Of a stretch of DNA of 62,313 nt, positions 27,841 through 37,966 are shown in pieces; the first letter of the stretch is position 1, and the number at the start of each line of letters is the position of its first letter. Under the pieces are notes generated by a model that saw only the letters and a program-made list of their open reading frames with translations, did no database searches and was not told where the DNA came from. The position numbers and the translations under genes were made by a program. The stretch lies in contig JAHILZ010000061.1 in NCBI GenBank assembly GCA_018896765.1, positions 1 through 62,313 on the forward strand, in the 5' to 3' direction. Origin of the DNA: Patescibacteria group bacterium (GTDB lineage: Bacteria; Patescibacteriota; Minisyncoccia; JAHIHE01).

Positions 27841-28470
27841 TTATTTATTTAATTCATTAATTATTACTCTCGCTTCATCTAAATTTTTGACAATATAATC
27901 CGCCGATTCCGATTTTGGCAAAATATGCCTTCCTGTAATCCTTTCCATTTTTATTGCCACGATTTCTGGCAATCTTTTTTTGGCTTCGTCTATTTGCTTG
28001 GCCTTGTCATCTATAAAAAATATCTTTTCAGATGGGTATTTTTTGACTATTAATTCTATTTCATCGCTTTTGTATTCTAAAGAAATGCTTATTTTGCCAA
28101 AAAAAGAAACTATGCCGGCATTTTCAATTTTTCCCATTTGAATTTCTTTCAAACCCGCGGAAACAAGCGTTAAGTCTTTTTTATTAAAGCTTTTAGCGAA
28201 ATCAAAAAAATCCTTATAAACAAAACCTTTGGATTTATTTATTGTAGATTTTATTTCTTTTTTTATTTTATCTTTATTTATCTGCTTCGATTCCGAGAAT
28301 AATTGAATCATAAAATCCGCGTCAAAATCGCCCTTTTCCTCTTTTGATTTCCAGTAATTAACTTCATACTCTTCGCGGAAAAACCCTTCTTCGGTAAAAA
28401 TATTTATCAGTTCTTCCGTCCAGTCGCCTGTATTAAAAATTGTATCGTCAAAATCCAAAACTATTTTCAT
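27841..28470 (-). CDS. HAD-superfamily hydrolase-like protein
   Basis: 209 aa. N-terminal DFDDTIF (HAD motif I-like) and late FFIDDK. It is 1-2 nt from the flanking genes, so probably part of an operon. Confidence 0.5.
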   Translation of the reverse strand: MKIVLDFDDTIFNTGDWTEELINIFTEEGFFREEYEVNYWKSKEEKGDFDADFMIQLFSESKQINKDKIKKEIKSTINKSKGFVYKDFFDFAKSFNKKDLTLVSAGLKEIQMGKIENAGIVSFFGKISISLEYKSDEIELIVKKYPSEKIFFIDDKAKQIDEAKKRLPEIVAIKMERITGRHILPKSESADYIVKNLDEARVIINELNK

Positions 28471-28472
28471 TG

Positions 28473-29741
28473 CTATTTTTTAAAATTATTATCGGTTAAA
28501 TCTTTCTTCACAATCTCCCCCGGCAAAGTCATGCAGCCCGTGCCGATTTTTACGCCGGGATAGAGAGAAGTATGAATGCCGGTTTTGCAATTATCGCCCA
28601 TAATCACGCCGAGTTTTTGCCGGCCGGTGTCTTTTAATTCTCCCTTTACCATGCATTTGATATTTTTCCAATCGTGCCGCAAATTCGCCGTAATCGTGCC
28701 AGCGCCTAAATTGCAATTATCGCCGATAATGGAATCGCCGACATAAGACAAATGCGCGACATTCGTGTTGTCGCCGATAATAGAGTTTTTAATTTCCACC
28801 GCGTTGCCAATATGGCAATTATCCCCAATCGCGACTGAAGCTCGAATAAAACAATTAGGACCGATTACGCAACGCGCGCCGATTATCGCCGGCCCTTCAA
28901 TATATACTCCATTTTTAATAATCGTTCCCTCGCCTATTGTAATCTCGCCTTTGAACGTCGCGCCTTTTTCCACCATCGCGCTTTTGGCGATCTTCCCTTT
29001 GGCTTTTCCAAGCAAATATTCATTGGCTTCCAGCAAATTCCACGGATAGCTTACCGCATGCCAAAAATCTTTCACTTCTTCATAATTCACTTCCCTCTTG
29101 CCTGCAAGCTCGCTTACCGCGTCCGTTAATTCATATTCGTTTCGCGAAGATTTTTTGACATTTTTTATCGCCGCAAAAATTTCTTCGCTCAAAACATAAA
29201 GCCCGGTATTTGCCAAATCTGAAACAAATTCTTTCGGTTTTTCCACGATTTTTTTGACTTTTCCGCCTTCCAGGAGCAACACGCCAAATCGGCTCGGATC
29301 CTCGATTTTTTTCGCCAAAACGCAATTTTTATGCTTTAGGCAATTCTCTATGTCTTTCTTGCTATATAAATCATCTCCGTTCAGGACAATAAAATTTCCT
29401 TTAACTTTACCCTCCGCCATTCCCAAAGCATGAGCCGTACCCAACCGCTCTTTTTCTTCAATATAGCTTATTTTCATTTTGCCAAAACTATCGCCTGCGT
29501 ATTTTTTTATTATTTCTTCCTTGTATCCTATCACTATAATCACTTCGCCTGCCAAATCTTCCAGCTGTGTCAAATTATGCTCCAATATAGTGCGCCCCGC
29601 CACTTTCAGCATTGGCTTTGGCTTGGTCGCGGTTAAAGGATATAAACGGGTTGAATTGCCGGCGGCCAAAATTATCGCTTGCCTCGCACCAGAAATAAAC
29701 GATGCGGAATTAGACCGATTAATCATTTTATAATTATTCAT
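28473..29741 (-). CDS. Sugar-1-phosphate nucleotidyltransferase with C-terminal left-handed beta-helix (GlmU-like/archaeal-type)
   Basis: 422 aa. AIILAAGNSTRLYPLTATKPKPMLKVAG (NTP-transferase signature) followed by hexapeptide repeats (IGDN..., IGPNC...). Confidence 0.75.
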   Translation of the reverse strand: MNNYKMINRSNSASFISGARQAIILAAGNSTRLYPLTATKPKPMLKVAGRTILEHNLTQLEDLAGEVIIVIGYKEEIIKKYAGDSFGKMKISYIEEKERLGTAHALGMAEGKVKGNFIVLNGDDLYSKKDIENCLKHKNCVLAKKIEDPSRFGVLLLEGGKVKKIVEKPKEFVSDLANTGLYVLSEEIFAAIKNVKKSSRNEYELTDAVSELAGKREVNYEEVKDFWHAVSYPWNLLEANEYLLGKAKGKIAKSAMVEKGATFKGEITIGEGTIIKNGVYIEGPAIIGARCVIGPNCFIRASVAIGDNCHIGNAVEIKNSIIGDNTNVAHLSYVGDSIIGDNCNLGAGTITANLRHDWKNIKCMVKGELKDTGRQKLGVIMGDNCKTGIHTSLYPGVKIGTGCMTLPGEIVKKDLTDNNFKK

Positions 29742-29947
29742 TTCTTTTGTTAAATTAACCCCTTTTGTCTTAATTTCTTGGTTCGGGGCTTTTATAAATG
29801 CTTTTTTATTCTTACAATTTATGCTATTATCTTATCATATACGCATAATTTGTCCATAATTAATTGCATGTAGAAAGTGGAAAGTTGAGAGTAGCAAAAA
29901 TTTTTTATTTAAACTACTTTCTACCCTCCACCTTCCACTTACTAAAC

Positions 29948-30277
29948 ATGACCTTCGACGAATACCAAAAACAATCCAGAAAAACCGCGGTGTATCCTGA
30001 CGCGGACAAAAATTTTATCTACCCGACTTTGGGACTCGCCGGCGAATCCGGCGAAGTGGCGGAAAAGATCAAAAAAGTTTTGCGCGATAAAGGCGGAGTT
30101 ATTGATGAAACAACGAAACAAGAAATTACCAAAGAGCTTGGCGACGTGCTTTGGTATGTAGCGCAACTTAGCACGGAGCTGGGATTATCTCTGGATAACG
30201 TTGCCGCGGAAAATATCAAAAAACTCTTTTCACGCCTGGAAAGAGGCAAGCTCGGCGGCAATGGAGATAATAGATAG
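29948..30277 (+). CDS. mazG: MazG-like nucleotide pyrophosphohydrolase
   Basis: About 110 aa from the ATG at 29948. YQKQSRKTAVYP...LGLAGESGEVAEKIKK...ELGDVLWYVAQL is typical of the MazG domain. The track's upstream extension crosses an inverted repeat. Confidence 0.75.
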   Translation: MTFDEYQKQSRKTAVYPDADKNFIYPTLGLAGESGEVAEKIKKVLRDKGGVIDETTKQEITKELGDVLWYVAQLSTELGLSLDNVAAENIKKLFSRLERGKLGGNGDNR

Positions 30278-30589
30278 CAAGCGAAATGACAAATAACAAA
30301 TCAAATCCAAATATCAAAATGTCTAAATAAAATTAGGCATTTTTTTATTGACATCTTAGCCATAATTTGATAGATTTTAATAGCTATTCAAATAAATATC
30401 AAGTAATGCTTTGAAAATTTCTGCAAAAGCGCATTTTGGCGATAACGCCAAATAAGTATTTACTTCAAATTATTAAAAAGCCAAAATTCGAGTGAGGCAC
30501 GAAAAAACGATTAATAGCAAATGGTACCTGCCGAACGTCTTTAAAGAAATCTTCAAAGTATTACAAGTTTATAATTTAAGATTAATCTT

Positions 30590-31672
30590 ATGTCATTCTC
30601 TATCGGTATCGTCGGCCTTCCGAATGTGGGCAAGTCCACCCTTTTCAAAGCCCTGACCAAAAAACAAGTAAATATCGCCAATTATCCTTTCTGCACCATT
30701 GATCCGAATGTGGGAGTAGTAAAAGTGCCGGACGAACGGCTGGAAAAATTGGCGAAAATGTCCTGCTCGGCGCGCATTGCGCCGACTGCGATTGAATTTG
30801 TCGATATCGCCGGACTCGTCCGCGGCGCCAACAAAGGCGAAGGGCTAGGAAACCAATTCCTGGCCAATATCCGCGAAGTGGACGCCATCGCCCAAGTCGT
30901 GCGCGTATTTGAAGATAAAGAAATAATCCATGTGGACAAGGATCTGAATCCTAAGCGCGATATTGAAACAATCAACATAGAATTGATCATAAAAGACATG
31001 AAAAGCCTGGAAAAAAGAATTGCAAAAATCTCAGGCGAAGCCAAAGCCGGCAAAAAAGATAAAGTTCAGGAAATGGAAAACTTAAACGCAATCAGGGCAA
31101 TTTTAGATAAAGGACAATTAATTTATGGCAAAGACTTAAGCGACGGCGCCAAGGAAATTGTCCGAGAAATGCAATTTTTGACCGCCAAGCCCATGCTTTT
31201 CGTCTTCAATAAAAAAATCGAAGCGGCCGACGACGAAAAACAGCTGGAAAAATTATTATCCGATTTAGGCATTAAAGCGGCTTTTGCCGCCATTGATATC
31301 AAAATGGAGTCGGACTTATCCGAACTTGCCGATGAAGAAAAAATAAGCTACAAAAAAGACTTGGAAATAAATGAGGATGGCATCGATAAATTAATTAAAT
31401 CATCTTATGAGCTTCTGGAATTGATCACTTATCTTACTACCGGTAAAGACGAAACTCGCGCATGGACTGTCCAAAAAGGCGCCCGAGCGCCCCAAGCCGC
31501 CGCCGCCATTCACACGGATTTTGAGAAAAAATTCATCCGCGCCGAAGTGATCAATTGGGAAAAATTGCTCGAAACCGGCTCTTGGAGCAAAGCAGCCGAA
31601 CTCGGAATGCTCCGCACCGAAGGCAAAGAATATATCGTCCAAGACGGAGACGTGATTGAATTCAAAATATAA
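30590..31672 (+). CDS. ychF: Ribosome-binding ATPase YchF
   Basis: 360 aa. GIVGLPNVGKSTLF, the TGS-like C-terminus and full-length YchF/OLA1 similarity. Confidence 0.92.
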   Translation: MSFSIGIVGLPNVGKSTLFKALTKKQVNIANYPFCTIDPNVGVVKVPDERLEKLAKMSCSARIAPTAIEFVDIAGLVRGANKGEGLGNQFLANIREVDAIAQVVRVFEDKEIIHVDKDLNPKRDIETINIELIIKDMKSLEKRIAKISGEAKAGKKDKVQEMENLNAIRAILDKGQLIYGKDLSDGAKEIVREMQFLTAKPMLFVFNKKIEAADDEKQLEKLLSDLGIKAAFAAIDIKMESDLSELADEEKISYKKDLEINEDGIDKLIKSSYELLELITYLTTGKDETRAWTVQKGARAPQAAAAIHTDFEKKFIRAEVINWEKLLETGSWSKAAELGMLRTEGKEYIVQDGDVIEFKI

Positions 31673-31870
31673 AATTCGGAGAAACTTGCAAAAATTAGCG
31701 CGGCGGCTTGCCAAAAATATTTCTTTGTGCTAACATAAACATATTAAATACGTTTAAATTCTAATTTCTGATTTTTAGCCAAAGGCGAGCCTTCGCCGAT
31801 TTATGATTTCAAAATTTGAGAATTAAAAATTGATTTAAAATTAAAAATTTAGAATTAAAAATTACTCATT

Positions 31871-32476
31871 ATGCACTATCAATTAACCTATATCATCCCT
31901 TCGGATGTCGCCGACCCAAAAACATTAGAAGGAATAATCGCCGATATCAATAAAAAAATTACCGATGCGGGCGGAATTATAAAAGCGCCTTTAGCCGGGC
32001 TGGAAGATCAAATGATAACGGACAAAAGCGCCGAAGAGCTAGAAAAAATCAAAAAATCTCAAAACGTAAGACTCTTTAAGCATAGATTGGGCTATCCAAT
32101 AAAACATGTTTCTTACGGTTTTTATGTCGCGGCTGTTTATGAACTGCCTGAAAAAAATCAAGCGGCGGCAACCAAAAAAATAACAACGGAAATCAAGTTA
32201 AATAAAAAAATTACCAGATTTATAAATACTAAATATAATTTTGAAGTTTTTTCCGAACAATCCCGACAAAAAGAAAAAACAAAAAATATAAAAGTTCCTG
32301 AAAATCCTGAGAAGATAGAACGAAAAGAAGTGGAACCTCTTCAGAGCATCGTCGACGAAGCGATTCGGGCCAAAAAAGAAAAGAGAGAGAGATTGCTTGA
32401 CGAAAAACCGGCCAAAGACAAAAAAACGGAAATCGAAGAATTGGACGAAAAACTGGAACAAATATTAAACGCGTAA
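31871..32476 (+). CDS. rpsF: 30S ribosomal protein S6 with Lys/Glu-rich C-terminal extension
   Basis: 201 aa. The N-terminal YQLTYIIP... is S6-like, and it occupies the conserved rpsF-ssb-rpsR position. Confidence 0.6.
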   Translation: MHYQLTYIIPSDVADPKTLEGIIADINKKITDAGGIIKAPLAGLEDQMITDKSAEELEKIKKSQNVRLFKHRLGYPIKHVSYGFYVAAVYELPEKNQAAATKKITTEIKLNKKITRFINTKYNFEVFSEQSRQKEKTKNIKVPENPEKIERKEVEPLQSIVDEAIRAKKEKRERLLDEKPAKDKKTEIEELDEKLEQILNA

Positions 32477-32482
32477 ATATAT

Positions 32483-32579
32483 AATCACTAATCAATCTCG
32501 AATTTTATCTCAAATAATCGCTATGAAGTAAATAATAATTAGAGATAATTAGCGATGAAATTCGTGATTGATTAGTGAA
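32483..32579. repeat. Intercistronic inverted-repeat element (family B), rpsF-ssb gap
   Basis: Arms AATCACTAATCAATCTCGAATTTTATC and GATGAAATTCGTGATTGATTAGTGAA. The spacer shares TAGAGATAATT with the copy at 1958-2047. Confidence 0.65.
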
Positions 32580-32602
32580 ATAATTATTTAATAATAATTA
32601 CT

Positions 32603-33040
32603 ATGAATCTTAATAAAGTATTTGTTTTAGGCAATCTAGCTAAAGATCCGGAAGTGCGAACGATTCCCAGCGGACAGCAAGTCGCAACTTTTTCTGTCGC
32701 TACCAACCGCATTTGGTATAATCAAGCCAAAGAAAAAAATCAAGAGGTGGAATTTCACAATATCGTGGCATGGGGACGGCTCGCGGAAATAGCCGGCCAA
32801 TATCTTACTAAAGGAAAATTAGTGCTGATAGAAGGAAGAATTAAAACCCGCTCGTGGCAAGCGCAAGACGGAACCAAAAAATACCGCACTGAAATTATCG
32901 CGGAGGCCATGCAAATGGGGCCGAAAACTCAAGGGACATCTTTCGCCAAACCGGAATCAAAAGAAGAAACCCCCGTTGCCGAACAAAGCGCCGCGCCTGA
33001 TAATTCAGGAGAAATAACAACCGAAGAAGTGCCGTTTTAA
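32603..33040 (+). CDS. ssb: Single-stranded DNA-binding protein
   Basis: 145 aa. OB-fold N-terminus (NKVFVLGNLAKDPEVR...) and acidic tail ending EEVPF. Confidence 0.9.
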   Translation: MNLNKVFVLGNLAKDPEVRTIPSGQQVATFSVATNRIWYNQAKEKNQEVEFHNIVAWGRLAEIAGQYLTKGKLVLIEGRIKTRSWQAQDGTKKYRTEIIAEAMQMGPKTQGTSFAKPESKEETPVAEQSAAPDNSGEITTEEVPF

Positions 33041-33170
33041 TAAATTAGGTCTGCTGACACTAATTTCGCGGAATCTCGCTGAATTCACGCGGAAAGTCGC
33101 GGAAATATTGAAATTCCTTAACGATAAATTAATTAATCAAACGATAATATAAAAGAAAATAAAAAAAACT

Positions 33171-33386
33171 ATGATCACGGAAGAAAAAAAAACATGCTAT
33201 TTTTGCGCTAACGGAATCGAGGAAGTTGATTTTTTGAATCTTGCCCTTTTGAAAAAATTCATCAATCAGCGAGGAAAAATTATCAATCCCAAAAGAACGG
33301 GGACTTGCAGCAAGCACCAAAGAAAAATCGCCACCGCGATCAAAAGAGCGAGAACCGTAGCGCTACTCTCGCCATCCTACAAATAA
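33171..33386 (+). CDS. rpsR: 30S ribosomal protein S18
   Basis: 71 aa. CYFC...IDF.N...LKKFI..RGKI..KR.TG.C.KHQRK...AIKRAR is typical of S18. Confidence 0.9.
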   Translation: MITEEKKTCYFCANGIEEVDFLNLALLKKFINQRGKIINPKRTGTCSKHQRKIATAIKRARTVALLSPSYK

Positions 33387-33399
33387 AATACGCATATTA

Positions 33400-33436
33400 A
33401 ATAACCCTCTTTTTATCAGGAGGGTTATTTTTTTGA
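33400..33436. terminator. Bidirectional intrinsic terminator between convergent rpsR and recA
   Basis: AATAACCCTC / GAGGGTTATT form a 10-bp stem, flanked by an A-run and a T-run. Confidence 0.7.
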
Positions 33437-33439
33437 TAT

Positions 33440-34486
33440 CTACTTCGCTAGCGCCAGTTTCGCTTTTATCTGTTTCTGGATCTCTGGCGCGATCTTCGGA
33501 TTTTCCTCCAAATATTTTTTGCTCGCTTCCATTCCTTGCCCCATTTTTTGTCCGTCAAAGGAGAACCAAGTGCCAGCTTTCTGAACTACGCCATACTTAA
33601 CTCCGGTAACGATCAAATCGGACAACCTTGAAATTCCTTGGTTGTAAATAATATCGAATTCCGCTATTTGAAAAGGAGGAGCGACTTTATTTTTCACGAT
33701 TTTGGCGATCGTGTGATTTCCTATGACCCTGTCCCCTTCCTTGATCTGCTCTTTTCTCCTGACATCAATCCGGACTGAAGCGTAAAATTTCAAGGCATTG
33801 CCGCCGGTGGTCGTTTCCGGATTGCCAAACATTACTCCGATCTTCATTCTCAGCTGATTGATAAAAATAACCGTGGTGTTGGTTTTGGAAATCGTGCCGG
33901 TCAATTTTCTCAGAGCCTGGCTCATTAACCGCGCTTGAAGACCCATGTGAGAATCTCCCATCTCGCCTTCAATTTCCGCTTTTGGAGTCAAAGCGGCTAC
34001 CGAATCAATTACAATAACATCCATGCTGTTTGAGCGAACCAAAGCATCAACAATCTCCAGCGCCTGCTCGCCATTATCGGGTTGGGAAATAAATAAATCA
34101 TCCACTTTTACGCCAATCTTTCTCGCGTATTCCGGGTCAAGCGCGTGCTCGGCATCGATAAAAGCGGCCAAACCGCCGCGTTTTTGAGCTTCGGATACAA
34201 TGTGAAGAGCCAGTGTGGTTTTTCCGCTTGATTCCGGTCCATAAATTTCAATAACCCTCCCCTTGGGCACTCCGCCAATTCCCAAAGCGATATCAAGAGA
34301 GATTGATCCGGTCGGAATCGCTTCCACGTTCATTTTTCTGGCCTCGCCTAATTTCATAATAGATCCTTCGCCAAATCTTTTTCTAATATCTTCCGCCGCT
34401 GTTTCAGCCAGCTTGTTTTTAGGATTTGCATCCGCTTTTGCTTTTTTTACTTCTTTTTCTTTTTCCTTTTCTTTTACCATAACCAT
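33440..34486 (-). CDS. recA: Recombinase RecA
   Basis: 348 aa. [12 protein letters not shown] Walker A and full-length RecA similarity, with a KE-rich N-terminal extension. Confidence 0.97.
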   Translation of the reverse strand: MVMVKEKEKEKEVKKAKADANPKNKLAETAAEDIRKRFGEGSIMKLGEARKMNVEAIPTGSISLDIALGIGGVPKGRVIEIYGPESSGKTTLALHIVSEAQKRGGLAAFIDAEHALDPEYARKIGVKVDDLFISQPDNGEQALEIVDALVRSNSMDVIVIDSVAALTPKAEIEGEMGDSHMGLQARLMSQALRKLTGTISKTNTTVIFINQLRMKIGVMFGNPETTTGGNALKFYASVRIDVRRKEQIKEGDRVIGNHTIAKIVKNKVAPPFQIAEFDIIYNQGISRLSDLIVTGVKYGVVQKAGTWFSFDGQKMGQGMEASKKYLEENPKIAPEIQKQIKAKLALAK

Positions 34487-34545
34487 ATTTTTAAAATTAA
34501 TTTATTATTTATTATAATTAGTTTCTGTTGAAATAGTCACAAATT

Positions 34546-34675
34546 TGTCATTGCGAGCCTTATAATCAAGGCGCGGCAATCTCTCATTATTAAACAAAAT
34601 ATGCTTTATTATAAAGTCTTATTTACATAACCGCGAGGGATTGCTTCGTATTGAGTACAATACTCGCAATGACAG
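34546..34675. repeat. Pair of inverted GTCATT-hairpin units with about 50-nt AT-rich spacer (family C, no cargo gene)
   Basis: Left unit: TGTCATTGCGAGCCTTATAATCAAGGCGCGGCAATCTC. Right unit: GAGGGATTGCTTCGTATTGAGTACAATACTCGCAATGACA. Confidence 0.5.
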
Positions 34676-34702
34676 AAAAAACACTATTTCAACAATAACT
34701 AA

Positions 34703-35419
34703 TTATTCATTCTGATATATCAAATCCGCTTCCGAAGCTTTTTTATCCGCTACTTTTAAAATCACTGTCCTGGTAATTTCAGTTCTTTTTTTAAATCTAT
34801 TAACTGCCGAAATTTTAATTATATTGGAACCTGGAGTCAGGCTGATCTCTTCCGCTATTTTGCCATCTTTTAGCCCTATCGCCTCTCCGTTAATATAAAC
34901 GACCGAATCAGGATCGTTGATCGAACCTTCAACTAATACGGGCGTAAAATCCACAACGAGCTCGTCGCTGGGAGAATATATTAAAAGCTCCGGCCCTTTA
35001 AAAATCGCGCTAACCTGATAGCCAAAAAAAACTAAAAAAGAGATCAGAATAATGCCTAAAGCCAAAACAGTGATGGTGCGCGGAGTGATGATAAAAGTCG
35101 GAGAATGGTTTAAGTTAAAAGGAGGGTACTTGCTTTTATCAATATTTTGCCTGATACATTCTTCTTTTTTATAAAGCCTGAGAAAATCTTTCACGTCAAC
35201 TCCGTAAAAATCCGCTATTTTTTTTAAAAAACCTTTCACGTAAATTTCCGCCGGCATTTTTTCAAGCCTTCCTTCCTCTAAATAAACTAAATATTTTTTG
35301 GTAATTTTGGTTTCATCGGCAAGAACATCCAAATCTATTTTATTGGCAGTTCTAATTTCTATTAATTTTTCGGAAAGCGTATCAGACCCTTCCACTTTTT
35401 TTGTCGTAAACCAATTCAT
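34703..35419 (-). CDS. RodZ-like HTH membrane protein
   Basis: About 238 aa from MNWFTTKK (ATG 35419). It has an XRE-type HTH (LADETKITKKYLVYLEEGRLEKMPAEIYVKGFLK), one TM helix and an extracellular tail. The track's longer start runs into the family A repeat. Confidence 0.55.
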   Translation of the reverse strand: MNWFTTKKVEGSDTLSEKLIEIRTANKIDLDVLADETKITKKYLVYLEEGRLEKMPAEIYVKGFLKKIADFYGVDVKDFLRLYKKEECIRQNIDKSKYPPFNLNHSPTFIITPRTITVLALGIILISFLVFFGYQVSAIFKGPELLIYSPSDELVVDFTPVLVEGSINDPDSVVYINGEAIGLKDGKIAEEISLTPGSNIIKISAVNRFKKRTEITRTVILKVADKKASEADLIYQNE

Positions 35420-35424
35420 AGAAA

Positions 35425-35538
35425 AATAATTTTTAATTTCGAATTCTGAATTTCGAATCAAACTCGAATTCATTAATTTTCAAACATTCAATCATTAAAA
35501 TTTCACTCAAAATTCAAAATTGGAAATTCAAAATTTTA
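35425..35538 (-). repeat. AT-rich leader repeat (family A), well-conserved copy
   Basis: The first 47 nt are identical to 60006-60052. It starts 6 nt upstream of the rodZ-like ATG. Confidence 0.7.
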
Positions 35539-35593
35539 TATTATTACACTGGACAATGATCAGTTTAATGTTTGATATCTAAATTTTGATTTT

Positions 35594-37915
35594 CTAAAGC
35601 TTCTTCATTTCCGCGTCTCTATCATTTCTAAATTCCGTATTCAATCCCTCGCTCGCCGCGCTTTCCGCGGCCAATATCGCCCTAGGCTTTGCGCCGTCAG
35701 AGGGTCCTATTATTCCCTGCTCTTCCAAAAGATCAAGCAGTCTTGCCGCTCTGGCATATCCCACGCGAAAACGCCTTTGCAAAAGAGACGCTGAAGCTTT
35801 TTTTGACCTAATCACCATTTCCTTTGCTTGTTCATACAGTTCATCGCCTCCGACATCGTTATTGCTCAGAGAAAACTCAATACTTGAAGCCGGGGCCTTG
35901 GCAATAACGGTTTCATCGAGCATTTGCGCGCCTTCTTTATTATTTTCCTTAAGCCATCGGACTACTTTTTTAACCTCCGACTCGGAAACAAAACAGCCTT
36001 GCAAGCGCTTTGGTTTAGCCGTACCCGTAGCCAAATAAAGCATATCGCCGCGGCCTAAAAGTTTTTCCGCGCCGCTATGATCTAAAATTGTCCTGGAATC
36101 GATCAAGCTCGCCACGCGAAAAGCAATTCGAGCCGTGATATTGGCTTTAATCAAACCTGTAATTACATTAACCGAAGGCCTTTGGGTGGAAATAACCAAG
36201 TGAATTCCAACCGCCCTGGACATTTGAGCCAAACGCACAACCGCCGCTTCCACTTCGCGAGGAAAAGTAGCCATCAGGTCAGCCAGCTCATCAATAACAA
36301 CCACGATATAACTCATGGGCTCGCTATCTTCGGCCTTGGAATCTATCATTTTTTTGTTATAAGAATCAATGTCTCGGCTAGCAGCTTCCGCGAGCACAAT
36401 GTATCGCCTTTCCATTTCCGCGACCACCCATTTCAAAACCCCGACTGCTTTTTCGTTTTCAACGATTACCGGCGTTAAAAGATGAGGAATATTATTATAC
36501 AAAGTTAATTCCACTCTTTTCGGATCAATCAAAATAAGCTTCAAAGCCTCGGGAGAATTATTATAGATCAAGCTCATTATCAAATTATTAACAAAAATTG
36601 TTTTTCCGCTCCCGGTAGAGCCGGCTATCAATAAATGAGGAAGACCGCCAAGATCTACCCAATGCGGACTTCCCGAGACATCCAAACCCATTGCCACTTT
36701 TAGCGAGGCGAAGTATTCATTTTTATAAAAATTAGGGAATGTTTCCAAAAGATTCCTAAGCCGGACAATGGCGGCGGACACATTGGGAATTTCTATTCCA
36801 ACCAAAGATTTTCCCGGAATAGGAGCTTCGATTCTGATCGAACTTGCGGCCAAGCTCAGCGCCAAATCATTCTGCAAAGCGGTAATCTTGCTAAGCTTTA
36901 CTCCAACCGCCGGCTTTAAAGTATATTGGCTTACAGTCGGCCCGATAAATACTTTTCCCATTTCCACCTCAATTCCAAAATTTGATAATGTTTTTTCAAT
37001 AATCGACGCATTGCCGCCGATATCGCCGCTATTGGCGCTGGTAAAATCACTTTCCAAAAGATTCAATGGAAATTTGCTCCACTGAGCCATTATTCGAGCT
37101 TTTTTCTTTGCCAGTTTTTCCGAATATTCATGGTTTTCCGCGCTGAAATTTTCTTCTTTGTTTTCTTTTTGATCATTCGGCCCGTCATTTTCTTTGTCTT
37201 CAAGCGATTTTATTTTAAAAGAGGGCTTCGCGCCATTTTTCTTGCCGTTTTCTTTTTGCATTGCGGCAATATTGTCTCCATAATGCTCTTCCTCTATCTT
37301 TGTTTTCTTGCTTTTTTTAATTTGAGAAATAAAACGATAATAGTTATAAAAAGCTTTAGTGTTGTAAATAATTTTGCTTAAAAAAGATTCAAGAGAAATA
37401 TTAAAAATAAAAAGAGCGAAAATGGCAATCGCCATTATCAATATAACGCTCGCTACCGCCGGACCGGTAAAAGAGGTTAAAATAATGGAAAAAATCAAGC
37501 CAAGATAACCGCCGCCGCCTAAATTCGCGGCAATTGAACGAAAATCATGCGGGAAAAACACCAGATTTACCAAAGCCAAAAAACTCAAAAGCGCTGCGGT
37601 AAAAACTATAAGCATAACCGGAGAATAATTAAATCGCCGCATCTGGCTATTATTATCGGATGTTTTGGCTACAAGAGAAAGCCCTCCGAGAAAAAGAAAA
37701 ACAGGAGCAAGAATAAATAAATGCCCGAAAAGCAATCTTGTCGCCCAATAAATTTTTGCGCTGAACGGATCGTTGACCCCGATTAACCCTAAAATACTGA
37801 TCACGCCCAAAGCAAAAAAAATAATCGCCAAGATATTGTATTTAAGCCCTTTTGAAATATACTTTCGCTTGGAATAACTCTGATTATTCTTATTTTTTCT
37901 TTTATTTCTTGACAT
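35594..37915 (-). CDS. ftsK: DNA translocase FtsK/SpoIIIE
   Basis: 773 aa. N-terminal TM helices, motor domain GSTGSGKT, and C-terminal gamma wHTH (LLQRRFRVGYARAARLLDLLEEQGIIG). Confidence 0.9.
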   Translation of the reverse strand: MSRNKRKNKNNQSYSKRKYISKGLKYNILAIIFFALGVISILGLIGVNDPFSAKIYWATRLLFGHLFILAPVFLFLGGLSLVAKTSDNNSQMRRFNYSPVMLIVFTAALLSFLALVNLVFFPHDFRSIAANLGGGGYLGLIFSIILTSFTGPAVASVILIMAIAIFALFIFNISLESFLSKIIYNTKAFYNYYRFISQIKKSKKTKIEEEHYGDNIAAMQKENGKKNGAKPSFKIKSLEDKENDGPNDQKENKEENFSAENHEYSEKLAKKKARIMAQWSKFPLNLLESDFTSANSGDIGGNASIIEKTLSNFGIEVEMGKVFIGPTVSQYTLKPAVGVKLSKITALQNDLALSLAASSIRIEAPIPGKSLVGIEIPNVSAAIVRLRNLLETFPNFYKNEYFASLKVAMGLDVSGSPHWVDLGGLPHLLIAGSTGSGKTIFVNNLIMSLIYNNSPEALKLILIDPKRVELTLYNNIPHLLTPVIVENEKAVGVLKWVVAEMERRYIVLAEAASRDIDSYNKKMIDSKAEDSEPMSYIVVVIDELADLMATFPREVEAAVVRLAQMSRAVGIHLVISTQRPSVNVITGLIKANITARIAFRVASLIDSRTILDHSGAEKLLGRGDMLYLATGTAKPKRLQGCFVSESEVKKVVRWLKENNKEGAQMLDETVIAKAPASSIEFSLSNNDVGGDELYEQAKEMVIRSKKASASLLQRRFRVGYARAARLLDLLEEQGIIGPSDGAKPRAILAAESAASEGLNTEFRNDRDAEMKKL

Positions 37916-37966
37916 AGAATGAATTTTTTAGATAAAAACATCTATCGGGACCGTCTGGTGAACCTT

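Noticed and set aside
30287-30331. Mini-ORF MTNNKSNPNIKMSK downstream of mazG
   Set aside because: Low-complexity A/C-rich sequence with no promoter, ribosome-binding site or structure. Such strings are common in the AT-rich spacers here.
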